From Podarcis tiliguerta (Eukaryota): a stretch of 64,000 bases of DNA. This document shows, piece by piece, positions 12,965 to 48,959 of the stretch (positions are counted from its first letter, which is position 1; each line of letters starts with the position of its first letter). The stretch lies in assembly GCA_965153285.1 (NCBI GenBank), contig OZ229122.1. One strand, given 5' to 3'. The notes under the pieces were generated by a model, which worked only from the letters and a program-made list of their open reading frames with translations, was not told the origin of the DNA and did not search any database. Both the position numbers and the translations under genes were made by a program.

Positions 12965-13036
12965 TTCCTGCATTGCAGGGGGTTGGACTGGATGACCCTT
13001 GGGGGTCCCTTCCAGCTCTATAATTCTATAATTCTA
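12965..13036 (+). mobile_element. CR1-type 3' tail (5'-truncated SINE or LINE)
   Basis: GGGTTGGACTGGATGACCCTTGGGGGTCCCTTCCAGCTCTATAATTCTATAATTCTA has the CR1 terminal hairpin and ATTCTAT-type repeats. Confidence 0.7.
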
Positions 13037-13179
13037 ACTTAATACAGATTAATCTCCCTCAAAAACCGCGTGTATGACGAAACGACCTCCCTAAAGGAAG
13101 GAACCAAGGAAACTACTATTCTTTATTCCATCGCATCCAACTGGAAAATGGAAACACGGCTTCTTTAAAGCCTGAATTT

Positions 13180-14340
13180 CTGGTCTTCCCCTCAAATGGC
13201 GGCGTCTTAAACGGCGCCAACCAGACTCTGCCCTCACCCAAAATGGCTACCGCCCTGTACGTTTTCCTTCCTATTTTCTTCTCATTCCCTGCCCTTTCTT
13301 GAGATGGCGGGCCTGCTGACTTCAACGGCGCAGACGCCTTTTAGCGAAGAAGGCGGTCGCACCGCTTCCTTTTGCAACACAAACTCAAAAAAGTCTACGA
13401 CCAACTTTTTTTGTTGTTGCCCTGAACAGCGATGGCGGCGCTGTAGCTACCAGACGCCGGTAAAGAAACCGCGCGCCTATTGGTTGGGACCATTAACAAG
13501 ACGCATGGCCATTGGGTGGGCTGCATGTGGCGACGGCTCGGGCACTGTCCAGCGGCTGCTTGGAGAAGGGCGAGGGGAGGAGGAAGAGGGCGAGCTGGTG
13601 AGTTGGAGAGAGGAGGCGGTAAAGGCGGGGTCGAGCGTGCGGAGTAGTTTTATTTATTTTAGTTTTTTCAAATTGAGATGCGGGTGCTTATCAGTTTGTT
13701 TGCCTGAGGCAGGCGAGAAGCCAGAGGAAGGGAGGGAGGCGGCGGAGGTGAGACCTGGATGGGGCGGGCGAGGGGGGCGCCGCTCTCGGGTGGGGTGGCC
13801 GGCCGGTGTCGGGTAGGGCGCGCCTGGCGGATTGGGGGGCGGGGAGGGGGCAACTTGTGGGGAGGATCGAGAGGGGGTGGAAGGAGCAAAAGGCCACCAT
13901 GTGGGGGGCATATATTTGGTGCGGGGGGACCCCCATGAAGTTGGATGTTTTTTGTGGGGTGGGGAGGAGTAGGGCGGAAGGATCTGGAGGAAGCGGCTGA
14001 GGAGTCGGAGGTGGGCACCGTCCAGCCCCACACCTCACCCGGCTGTCAGGGGTGCGCGGAGGGACTGTCCACCCGGCGCCTCCTCTGCCTGGTGCTGCCG
14101 CTCTCCCTCGGAGGAAATAGGAGCAGCCTCCGCCTGTACTCGCCTTGCCTTTCCTCCCGTCAGGGAGCGGTGCTGATCCTGCCTAGGGCAGAGCACCGGG
14201 CACCGGGCGCGGGGGGTGGGGGGGGCTGGATGAGTAGCCGACAGGTAATCGGAGGCAGGCTCTTCCTCCCCACACCGCCGCCTCCTCTGGAGCCGGCCCT
14301 TTTAGGTCAGTGAGGGAGGAATCGGCGGGAGAGCTAAAGG
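13180..14340 (+). promoter_or_regulatory. PRR14: PRR14 CpG-island promoter and non-coding exon 1
   Basis: CpG island with YY1-like ATGGCGG motifs (about 13195, 13303, 13431), an inverted CCAAT near 13479, and donor GAG|GTGAGA at 13747/13748. Confidence 0.7.
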
Positions 14341-16274
14341 GGACGGATCTTGAAGCGCTGGGGATAGTTAGGAGGGGTGCCCGTGCTTACCTGTATGTGG
14401 GGTGAGCCTAGGCTGCGAAGCAGGACTTGGGAGGGGGGGAGAGAAAGGGATCCTGAATAGACGGCAGACCCCTTTCCTCCAGCATCCTAGAATTGCCACT
14501 GAAATCCAGTTCTGGGAGGGATCATTGGGTCATGTGCAACCCTGGGTTATGGTTTCCCTTTTTCCACATGCAGCACATGCTCACCTTTTGTATGCACCAA
14601 GGGTCCATCGCCAGGGATGGTGAGAGGCAGGAGCAGATGGGATGATGTCTCCACTTCCGTAGGTTTTTAATATGCGTTTGTGTGTGTGGTTATCAAAGGG
14701 TGTGGCATGAGGGGATGACAAGTGTGGCAGGAAGAGTCAAGGACAGTCAATCATTTTGGCAATGATTCATATTCTTATGTAGATGCGTTGTTTTATACTT
14801 TCTGGATGCCCCATGCTTGTATTATTTCATAATTCAAATAATACAAAATACAAATATATATGTTTTATAATACAAACAAATAATTGATAATAATAAACCA
14901 AACAGGGTACACAGAAGCTCAAATAAAGCTATTCTTTTGGTATATCCATTTTTGCTAGTTGTTTTGGGCATACAAATTGCATTGTAGTTATTTTTCCAGT
15001 TTCTGACATTTCTACTTCTACTCTTCCCTGGTAAAATTTTACAAAATCTCTGGCAATTCTTCACATTTGTGTTCCTTTTCCATGTTTTAGATGGAACAGA
15101 ATGATTTAGTTCAAAATTGTTTTAATACCTCTTGTCAGTTGTTTCAAGTTAATGTGTTTTGTAACAGAGTAGTGCTTAATTTCCATGAAAACATTTTTTT
15201 GGTGCAAAAACATTGCAATTAATTTATTTTAAATGAATTTGCTGTAATACAAAAAAGAGAGTCAGATTATTATGGTTTAATTCTGCAAATACCCTTCATT
15301 AGAGAGCCTAGACCCCTGTGATGTTAGTAATATAATTTTAATTACCATCTGCTATGATAAAAATTGTTTGAAAAATTATAAGTTACAGTAGTATTTCAGC
15401 ATTCCTCCCTCAGTTTTTACAGTTCCATGTATGCTTAGTAAATTTTCCCCATCAAACCCTCATTCTCTGATAGTGAAGTACCTTTCTTTCTTGTTCAGAG
15501 CCATGGCACTTTTGCATTCCTTGTTATCTTTGCTGATCAAGTTTTGAGGGGGATCATTGATTACACAGTACCTCTATGTCCAAGGGACAGAACTCCCATC
15601 TTTGCCTGCCATCTTTGGCAGTGGCATCACCCCCACCAATCTTCTTCCATAGTTAAGGAGACCCAGGGGATAATTATGCTGCAAAACAGGAAATTGGATA
15701 AGTGGATTTTTAAAACCCCCATAAATGCTGCTAATACCTAATAAATATTAAAATACCGACTCCTGGGAGGAAAATATTTGGATGGCAGAGATCACAGTGT
15801 CTTTGCTGAAGGGAGCAGCTGTTCCAGGCTGGTTAGTCCAGAACTCTACTGAGAAAATATGGTCTGAAACAGCCTAATATTGCCACTGGCAGTAGCCCCA
15901 GCAAAATCACCTACCCTCTGCTCACTTGGCTGCTTGCCTCTTATTTGTTTCATCTTGCCATGACTTGGGACGCTTTTGTTGGCTTGAGTTTTATCACCCG
16001 GCATTACTCAGCATTTCCTACCCTTCCTCCCACAGTCTTGCTGGCCCTCTTCTTGCCAGGGGTAACTTTTGAGAATAATCCCTCATGAGATGTCAAATGT
16101 GAGGAAGGTGACAGACAAGACAAATGTCTGAGCAAGGCTCCTGTCATGTGCGGAAATGTAAATCCACTAAAACGTTGGTCTGCCTTTAGTGTGTATCTGT
16201 GTTGCAGAGTTGGGCAACCCATGTCCCTGAACATGATGTTGGACTCCCAACTGCCATTAGCTCTTGGCAGCAAG

Positions 16275-16406
16275 GGCAGTTGGTAGAGTAGGAGACTCTT
16301 AATCTCAGGGTTGTGGGTTTGAGCCCCACGTTGGGCAAAAAGATTCCTCCATCACAGGAGGTTAGACTAGATGATGCCTGTGGTCCCTTCCAGTTACAAG
16401 TCTATG
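16275..16406 (+). mobile_element. SINE with a tRNA-Lys-derived head and CR1-like tail
   Basis: The head CAGTTGGTAGAG...GAGACTCTTAATCTCAGGGTTGTGGGTTTGAGCCCCACGTTGGGC resembles tRNA-Lys(CTT). It is followed by a CR1 tail, GGTTAGACTAGATG...GGTCCCTTCCA. Confidence 0.75.
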
Positions 16407-17354
16407 TACTGTAGACCAACACCAGTGCAGGGCAACAGGCTCCCCCTTCCTGTTGAGCCCTTTTAAAAGCCGTGGAGTGTGTTTTCTAGCTTGGATTTCC
16501 TTCTGCCTTGCTTGCTGTAGTACATACCTTTGTGGTGCTTCTGTTCCTAGCCCCCACCTTTAATTTGCTGTCCCCCATTTGGCAAGTGCCTGCTTGGTTT
16601 TGCCCATTTCCCTGGGTGGAGGGATCTTCAGAAGCAACACATTGTCTCCCACTGAGAAGTTTTCCCTTCCTACCTGAGCTTCTAGTCTTGTAGCCCTGGA
16701 GAATCTCTGTGAAGGAAGGGCGTTTTTTTAGTTGTTTCTAAGGTGCTATTTGCATGGCTCCTAATGATTTATAATTACCTTCTCTGAGGGGAAACCTAAT
16801 AAGCTCTCATGCTGGCCTCTGTGTCTTGTTCAGTACCATTGGAGGGATGCATGTTTGAGCCTGCTGGTCCTTCAGAAAGGAGGGGGTGGCATTGCTAAGA
16901 GGTTTTTAGTCAGGCTGTGTACTCCCCTGACCCACATAGGGTTCAATGCTTACACACAATTAGCTGGGAGGAAGTCCTATTGAACCCAGGGGAGAGAGGT
17001 CTACTTCTGAGTAGACAAGAACAGGAGTGCCCTCTTAACCATCCTTTGCTTAGTTCAGTAGTAAATGTGAAGTTTTACCCAGCTAGTAAAGAGAATTGTG
17101 ATTTGTCATCCGTGCAGAAGGTTTTGACAATCTGGGTGTGGTGTTACACATTCCAGGTTAATCCGGATTAAAGTAGCATTTGGCTTTAAAAGGCAGAACT
17201 ATATCTGGGGACCATGGGAATGCAGTCATTTTAATTCTGGTTTTTTCCTTTTCTGAAGCAGAGAAGTGAGGAATGAAGACCCTGTGGGCTGTTCTGGGGC
17301 GGCCACCTTCCTGATGCCAGGAAGCGGTGGGGTGTCTCCCTTCTGAGAAAGGCC

Positions 17355-24657
<7,303 letters not shown>

Positions 24658-25530
24658 GATCTGAGCAGAGGCTAGAGGGAAGGGCAGCACCCCGAGGAGC
24701 CCAAGACCACTTCCTCTGTTTAACTAGCAAAAGAGGTTGCTGGTGTTGTTGTTTTTTTAAAAAAAACTCTACCAAAGTCACCAATACCACTCCAAGTTTC
24801 TCCTGTGGTGTTTATTCTCCAGTTCCCCATCAAACCAGCCTTCTGTGCCTGTTGCCTCCTCCTCCTCCCTTGATCAGTCTCCGAGCCACAAGCTCTGCTG
24901 CTTTGAAAATAGTGCCTGGGTGCCTATCTGTGCCACCTGGCCCAGCCAGCATGCTGCCTGCTCTGGCACCACACGAGTCCCCATTTGCCTGGCTCTTTGG
25001 CTCGCAAGTGGAAGGGGAAGAATGTTTGTGGTGCCTCAGAGTTGCCCGCCCTCTGGACTCTGCCTCCTGCGCCCAGTCAGACCACCAGTGCATGGGAGGA
25101 GCACCTAGTGCCCAGCGCTGTTGTGCCTTCTGTGAGAGACTTAGGCCAGCAAGGGATGGGCCTAGCCAAGTGAGGGCCTAGTTGCCTTTTCTGCAGCGGC
25201 CACCGCCATCAAACCAAATAGGAATGCAGAACCGGCGTGCCTGTTGGATGGGAAGGAGAAAGAAAAAAGGGACTGTGTGAAAGAATCAGCAGGAGCAGGT
25301 TTTTGTTATGGCACAGGGGATGATGTGGCAGAAGAGATGATGTAGCAATAGGCTGGGCAATGGGGACGTGTCCACCTGTTTAAGCACAGACAGTGGATGG
25401 GCGGCTGGGAATCCTGAGAGAATGCCTTTGCATCTCTGGATCAAGGCCTCTGGGTGTTCCTAGCTTGGATCAACTGTTTTGTTAGGAATGATGTGTTTTT
25501 GGTTTTCATTTTTTATTAATCTATATTTCT

Positions 25531-25536
25531 AATAAA
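25531..25536 (+). terminator. PRR14: Probable PRR14 polyadenylation signal
   Basis: AATAAA preceded by a T-rich tract, about 870 nt after the stop codon. Confidence 0.65.
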
Positions 25537-26929
25537 CTTTGTATCTTGGGGGGAGGAAAAAACCACATATTGCCGGTTGCTCCTTAACTGGCCTTGGTGG
25601 GACCCTGAATGCAGCTTTAAGGGAGACCGCAATAGATAATTTTGCCTTGGAACAAGGGCATAGCGACCACAAAATGAAAATCCATAGCAAGCAGTGGATC
25701 ATATATCATTGCCACACTAAATTAATTTCCCCAGCCAATGTTGCCTTCTGCCAGGAATGGTGGTAGGTGCATTGGCTATGGCAAAAAGCAAAATTGCTGT
25801 GATGCGGGATCAAATGGCAAGAAAAGTCAAGCGAACTGCACCCGGTTGTACTAAAATTTTACATGTATAAGAGGCTACGACAAATAACAAAATATGTGGA
25901 TTTGTGTAGTCTGCCGTGCATTTTGTGCAAATTCAGTAGCTATGCCCAGTTTAAAATCTGTTTTGAGGTGGTACGTTCACCTTCAAAACTACCATAGTCT
26001 AGAGTTGACATTGGTGAAATTCACTCAGTCATTCGTTACAGGAAAAGACAGTGTGTCTGATTGATTCCTCATGGTTAGTATTGCAACAGTAACATCTCAT
26101 TTTATCAAATTAACAGGTTTTGCGTGGGAGTGGAGACATTTCCATCCTATTCACTCTCGCAGGCCTTTCTTTGGTCCGTTTGTCTACTGGAAAATGCCTC
26201 TTCTTGTTAGTTAACTACTTAGAATTTATTGAGCAGCTTTTATCCCAGTACAGTAGGCTCCGGTCAAAGTTTGCAAGACTCTGAAGCCCTGACAAAAGTT
26301 CTGCTGCTCCACATGTGCATCAGGAGAAAGGTCCCCCTGTCTATAGTTATGTAAACTGCTTAGAGGTTTTGATGCTATATAAAACTTGTTAAATAAACAT
26401 GGTACACCTTCCCTCCATACTGTTGTGGATGAAACAAACTCTTTCTTCAAGGCTTAGGTTTGGCTACGTTCATTCTGTACTTTTGCTTCTGTTCAGTATT
26501 TTTTTATTACCTTTGCTACAGGGTCATCTGGCAGGCCTTGCCGTCAGGTGCTTTGCTGGGTGGGGATGGTTGCATTTTTCGCTAACCTTGCTCCGCTGTG
26601 TATCTCAGACTTCTCTTCCTCTCAGTCCGGCCTGCTTTTATTAATTTACAGGTTTTAATATTGCACAGTATACAAAGGACCTGGGCTGTGAACATACCCA
26701 TAAAAGAGCACACAAAACATATGCCAACATCTGGATGGTGATACGCAATAAATTATTGGCTGAACAACGCATTGGAAAAGCAAGCAGAAGAGGCTTAAGT
26801 GGGCATCTGAAACAAAGTGTGTGGTGTTTGCTTCATGGTAATAGGGAGTTACAGAACCTAGGTGCAGACACATTAAATGCCCTCTTGTAGAAGAAACAAG
26901 GCAAGCAGAATGTGGCACCCTTAGTAGTC

Positions 26930-27600
26930 CCAGCTGCTGGACCAAACCCAATCAAAGCCTTGCCTAGGATGCATCACTGTATTGTATAATGTTGAGCTTA
27001 CAAACATCTGACACACAGTGGCCAAGCTATCCCAATCCAGGAATTGTCTTCCCAGACAAAGGTCTATAGATGCGAGTTCCTGGCCATTGAGACCACATGG
27101 ATCCAGGAGTACCTTCAAGATGCAAAGCACCCAAGGGAGAGTCTGGAACAGACAATTTGCCTCCTGGACTTGGGAACCACTCAACCACAGTCCTTGGTCT
27201 TACTGCGATTCATTCAGCCCACTGGTCCAGAGTATGTACAGCCTAACCTGAATCAGATGTATAAAAGTAGTAGAGCGGAATGTTGGCATACTGATGACGT
27301 CCTGTTCAAAATTCCTGGCAACTTTATACGTATGGTAAAAAGAAACTGGTGATAAAGTGGTGCCTTGTGGTGCACCATAATGTAAAACCACTGTAGCACC
27401 AATGAGTATCTTTTCAACTGCTACTCTCTGGACCTAAACCTGCAGATGGGATCAGAACCACTGCATTGCAGTGCCTCTGGTACCCAGCTCACAAGAGTTG
27501 GTCCAGGAGAATGCCATGGTCAATGATATAAAAAAGCCATCAAGAGCTTCAGAGGAAGGAGAATGGTTATACTCCCTGTGCCTTGCTCTCAGTAGAAGTC
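26930..27600 (-). mobile_element. Decayed LINE (L2-like) reverse-transcriptase remnant
   Basis: Minus-strand translation gives YGAPQGTTLSP (compare GVPQGSVLSP) followed by HQYAN...LY (compare HQYADDTQLY), with frameshifts. Confidence 0.6.
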
Positions 27601-27739
27601 CTCCATCGGAGCCACCAAGGCTGATTCAGTCTCATAATGGGAAACTGAATTCCTCTTATGGGAGCGAATTCCATAGTTTATGTGCTGTGTGAAGAACTAT
27701 TTCCATTTGTCTATCATCACCATTGTTTGGTGACTTTGT

Positions 27740-28075
27740 TAATTGCTTTATCTTGCCCAGGGCAACTCAAAGCAACTTACAACCAAACAGACAGAAGACC
27801 CTACATACATACATTAAAACCAAGAGGAAAAGAGAATACATTAAAAACACCCCATCCACTTCTAAAAGGCCACAAATAGTTAAAAGGCCAAAGGCCTGGT
27901 TATAGAGGAAAGTTTTTTCCTGTTGCCTGAACATATGTAATGAAGGTGCCAAGCAAGCCTCCCTGAGGAGAGCATTCCACAAATGGGGAACCACTGTAAA
28001 AAAGGCCCATTCTTGTGTTGCCCCCCTCTGGACCTCTTGTGCAGAAGACATACAAATAAGGGCTTCAGTGACTGC
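27740..28075 (-). mobile_element. L2-type LINE 3' fragment
   Basis: Same family blocks as 11865-12306. The minus strand translates as AFFTVVPHLWNAL, typical of an L2 ORF2 C-terminus. Confidence 0.55.
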
Positions 28076-29339
28076 AGGCTCTGAGAATAAAGTTTTAATA
28101 TTCAGTTTCTTTGGATATCCACAAGTTCTAGTGTTGGGGAGAAGAATGCCTGCAGTTGTTATGCTACAACCTTCTCTAGGCACCTTACTAATAATACACA
28201 ACTGGTTGGTAGTTGCTCTGCATCAGAGGGTCCAGGGTGCCCTTGCCTTGTTGAGAACACTGGAGACCACCCTCTTAAACAGACATGCATTAACTACATT
28301 CTGAACCTGCCCACTCGCATATTTTCCGCTAGTTTTTATTAGCAAATGAGGGCGAGGAGCAAGAGAGCAGATAGGGTAGTTAGACTCATTGCTGCAAGCA
28401 CCCTGCCCACGTCGTCAGGCCACATCAGCTGAAATTGATCCTACACCAGTTTAGACATGCATGGCATTGGGCACCTGAACAGACCGCAACAACGAAGTCC
28501 TTCCAGAGTTCAGTGACTCGGTCTTCAAGATATAAAGCAAAAGGACCACAAAGACTTAGATTATCTAAACATAAGTATGCATCTAAATAAAAGAAGGGAC
28601 CTCAAAACACATTTAGTCAGCAAAATCTGTGACAAAATCTGTGACTGCTCCATCCACTGTGGTTAAAACAGCTCAGATCATCAGTAAGTTCTTTATAATG
28701 TTTAATTGAAATCCACTTTCTTGTAATTTGAAGCTGTTAGTTTGGATCTACCCTGAATGACAGGAGATGAATTTGTGCTATGTAATAGCAATTCAAAAAT
28801 TCAAAAGTTGCTGCTCTGTTTCTTCTTAAACTAACCCTCCTCTGCATACCTATTTTTCTAATAGGACTTGATCTCCTTCCCCTTCACTGTACTGGAGGTC
28901 TTCCTCTGAGCAAGCTCCAGTTTTTCATTAAACTCTAAATCAGGTTGTTGATAATACCCCCCCCCCCCCACTTCTAATTCTTTAGAGTCACAGTGCAATA
29001 TAAACTTCTGTCAAAGTAATAATGTAGAATGTATTCCTTGATCAAAGTCTTAACTTTTATAAATAAATACATTGAATTCTGAAAAAAAAATGCAGAAGGA
29101 TTGATCATATCTGATTCATCATAGTTTCAGCTAATTTCATCAGACCAAAGTGGATAACAATTTTTTCTAACAAATGCTTTTGAAATTCAGTGCAGGGCTA
29201 TTGCTAGTGGAATAGTATCAAGGCTGAGAGATACCCCTGTAAAAAAATCCCAGAGCAGTTCTGCAAGGCAGCGCAGACAGTCCTCTACTGAATGAAGGGT
29301 TCAAAAGTACTACTTTATACGGGAGCTTGGAAAGTAACA

Positions 29340-30900
29340 GTTCCATTGCGGGAGGATGGCATCACATGGTAGTGTTGTGACGTCATCAAGTTCTCCTTCG
29401 TCCTCAAGGGGCTGCTACAGCAGGGGCGTGTGGCGCCGAGCCCTATGACATCACGCGCTGGCGTTATAGCATCACCGTGCGAGGTTGATGCCAAGAAAGT
29501 ATGACATCATTGCATCACGTTTGTCTCCGTGAAACCATGACGTCACCCTGCGGAGGACGGAAGTGACTCTAAAGGCGGGGGTGTTGGTTTAAGGGACCAC
29601 CCTCCACCTCGAACAGTCTCCAAGGGGCGGGTGGGCGGAAACTGAGGTTAACCGAAGGGACTATTTCCTTTTCTTTTTCCAGCGGAGGGATTTTTTAAAT
29701 GGTTCCATCAACAGGGAGGGCGGAGGGATATGACGCTGTGGGAGGAGTTGCGTGCCGTGCGCAGAGACGAAGGGGATCCGGCAGAGGCTGCTAGAGGGAG
29801 AGGGAGAGTCGGGGGGCAGCAGCGGAGACGGAGCGGGGAGGGGGCAAAGGACGGCCAGCCGAAAGGGCCCCCCACCCAGGCGCGAGGGGGACGGGAGCGC
29901 CACGTCAGCCCGCCTGCCGGCCTCCCTCCCTGCAGCCGGACCCTGCCAGCCAGCCAGCCACCCCTCCCCCATCCTTACTCACCTCACCGCTTCGGCCAAT
30001 CAGCTGTGGGGGGGCCGCGACGATAGCGGAGGGTACCAGCCTCGCAGCCAATCAGCGCCAGGGGCTCGCGGGGCCGCTTGCCGCGAGCCTGGACGGAGGC
30101 GAAAAGGTGGGGTGAGTTGAAAAGCCCCCTCAACGGCCGGCGCTCTTAAAGGGACAGCTTGGGGGGGCCGCGAGAAGAGGGGGCACTTTCCGCCGGAGGA
30201 CAACAACCCCCCCAACCGCCAGCGCCTGTCAATGGATTTAAAGGGAGCTCGGCCCTCTTAAAGGGGAGTTCTTCTCGGGCCCTCATTGTGGCTGAGAGGG
30301 AGGGGTGGCCCTTAAAGGTGAAATTCGGGTTTCTCCGGAGGACCTTGAACGCTGGATCCTTAAAGGGCAGCGCGAGCTGACAAGGAGGAAAGAGAAATGC
30401 TTGGAGGGCTTTTCATTCCGCTCGTTGGGAGAGTCGGTGCCTGACAAGGGAGAACTTTAAATCCACATTCTTAAAGGGGAGGCCATGCTTTGGCAGGAAA
30501 TGTGTGGCGGACTCAAAATCGAACACTCTTAAAGGGGAAATTGAGACACAGAGACCCGGACCCTTAAAGGCAAGGTCACACCCTGTGGGAGGAATCCGGG
30601 AGGCCTCTTCTTCACGGACCGAGGTTCGCGAGGAGGAGGAGGAGGAGGAAGAAGGTGTCGCTTCCCGGGAAAGCAGAAGAGGAAGAAGAGATGGCCCCGC
30701 GGAGCCGCTTCCCTCGCGGGGAGCCCTCGGCCGAGCGGAGGAAGTGAGTTGCCCTCTGGGCGGAAGCCGCTTGCCATTGTTGGCAGGAGCCACCTCCGCA
30801 GTCTTAAAGGGGAGGCTGCCCAGGCTGGCAGCTCCGTCGGGGGCGAACCCCCAATTCCCCTGAGGGAAAGTCGAAAGTGACAGCTTCGCGGTTCATCTTC
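29340..30900 (+). promoter_or_regulatory. FBRS: FBRS CpG-island promoter and 5' leader
   Basis: CpG island containing a CRE/ATF cluster (29357-29545), ETS CGGAAGTG (29558), GC boxes, CCAAT boxes (about 29996 and 30048) and a CTTAAAGG cluster (30145-30810). Confidence 0.7.
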
Positions 30901-31003
30901 GGAAAAAAACCACACAGATAGGCACTTAAAGCAAAGGCTTCCTTCAACCTGCAAGAAAGTTGCCATGCGCTGGGGTTTGTTTTAAAATTGGGTTTTACAA
31001 ACA

Positions 31004-31007
<4 letters not shown>

Positions 31008-31044
<37 letters not shown>
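31008..31044. repeat. (TA)n microsatellite
   Basis: Perfect AT dinucleotide run. Confidence 0.95.
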
Positions 31045-31046
<2 letters not shown>

Positions 31047-31709
31047 GCACACTGTGTCACAGTTGGAGGGATGTAAAACCCTTGTCCAAGGCAAGGGTGT
31101 TTTGACAGATTTCCTTCCCCACCCAAACAGGAGGCTCCATGTTAGAGAGAGATCTCTGTGCGCTTGCAGGGGCTGATTTTATGTAAAGGAAGAAAAAGTT
31201 ATTGGATCACCTTCCGCTTCTTAGAGTTCTATGTTGAAAGTATTTAATTCTTTTTAATTTAATGGTCTTGCCTTTAAGACAAAGACCAAAAACAAGCAGA
31301 AAAAAACCAGAAGCTGCCATCCCTGTCACTTGAGAGGGAATTAAACTTGAATGAAAGGAGAGTTGTTTTGACTTTCCCAGAGCAAAAAGGATCCACTTGT
31401 GTTGAGTGGGCTCTGGGCTCTCTAAATGTAAATCAAGGAAAGGTTGCTGACAACTGTAAGGTGTAAAGGCCAAGGATTTTTTGTTTTGGCCACGAAATAC
31501 AAAACCCCTTTTTTTACGGAAAAGAAGAGAGGAGTTTCGTTCTTGCTTTTCCAAGTGGCATCTGTGGAAGAACAAGGGCTCTGTTGAGAGCAGCTGCAAT
31601 GCAACTGGCTGGGGAAGGGTGAAGAGTGTCCCCCCCCCCACCTCCTTGCGTGTCTGCAGTATCCACAGGACACAACACGACACATTCTCTGTACCTCAAG
31701 GGGGGAACC

Positions 31710-48163
<16,454 letters not shown>

Positions 48164-48953
48164 TGGTGCTCTGGGACATGTGTGCACCTGTATCAAGCAG
48201 CTTCCCTTGTCTCCAGTGGACTGGTGGGGTCAACGTGAGCCCTGGGCAGAGAAACCGAGCCCCCCCATCCCCTTCCTGTCAGGCAGGGATAAGAGTGCAG
48301 CTTCCTGCTGCCTTAACCTGAGGAGCACCCAGCCACCCCTCCCAGAAGGACTTTCGCCTCCTTCAGCTATGAATAGTTGGAACCTCTTCCAAGCTCAGGT
48401 TGGGGCTTAAGAGATACGGGGTGTGATGTCTCTGTTTTAGAGGTGTTTGTGGCGGAGGGAGGGCAGGAGTCGAGGGGCTGGTGTGCCCCCGGTTTGGGGT
48501 CCCGGTTTCTTCCCAGATCCCTCTTCCTAACAGGTTTTGTGTCTGCTTCCAGTATTCCTGCTGGGCTGAAATGGCTCTGGGGCGTGTTCTTCTCCCTCAA
48601 TGGACTGATGGGAAAGCTGCTTTCAGGGGAAGGGGGAGGGCTGTATCTTGGGGCACCTCCCCCTGCCAGGCAGTGTAAATATTTATATATTCTGCCCCAA
48701 GCAGGTGGGGGAAAAGGTTTTTTTGTACATTTATAAAAGGTTTGAGATTGTGATTTTAAAAGTGACTTCTCCCTCTTCTCCTGTCCTCCCCCCACGGCTC
48801 CCCTTGTTTTTACTGTACTGCTCTTTTCTATACCTGTATCCGCACCCTCTCCACCTCCCGGTCCCTTTCCTCCTTCTGTAATTGATCGGAAAGGTGCAGT
48901 GAGGAGGGTGCAATGCACTTGTCCAGTGCCCCTTTTCTTCCCCAGGTTGGTTA

Positions 48954-48959
48954 ATTAAA
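48954..48959 (+). terminator. FBRS: Candidate FBRS polyadenylation signal
   Basis: ATTAAA followed by GT-rich sequence, about 790 nt after the stop codon. Confidence 0.45.

Noticed and set aside
13300-14320. Overlapping Pro/Gly/Arg-rich ORFs, and similar ones at 29.6-31 kb and 54-55.4 kb
   Set aside because: Typical spurious ORFs of CpG islands.
16275-16345. tRNA-Lys(CTT)-like sequence
   Set aside because: The 5' acceptor arm is missing, the B-box is mutated and a CR1 tail follows directly, so it is a SINE head.
25700-29300. Possible gene between PRR14 and FBRS
   Set aside because: Only short ORFs and LINE remnants, with no consistent exon chain.
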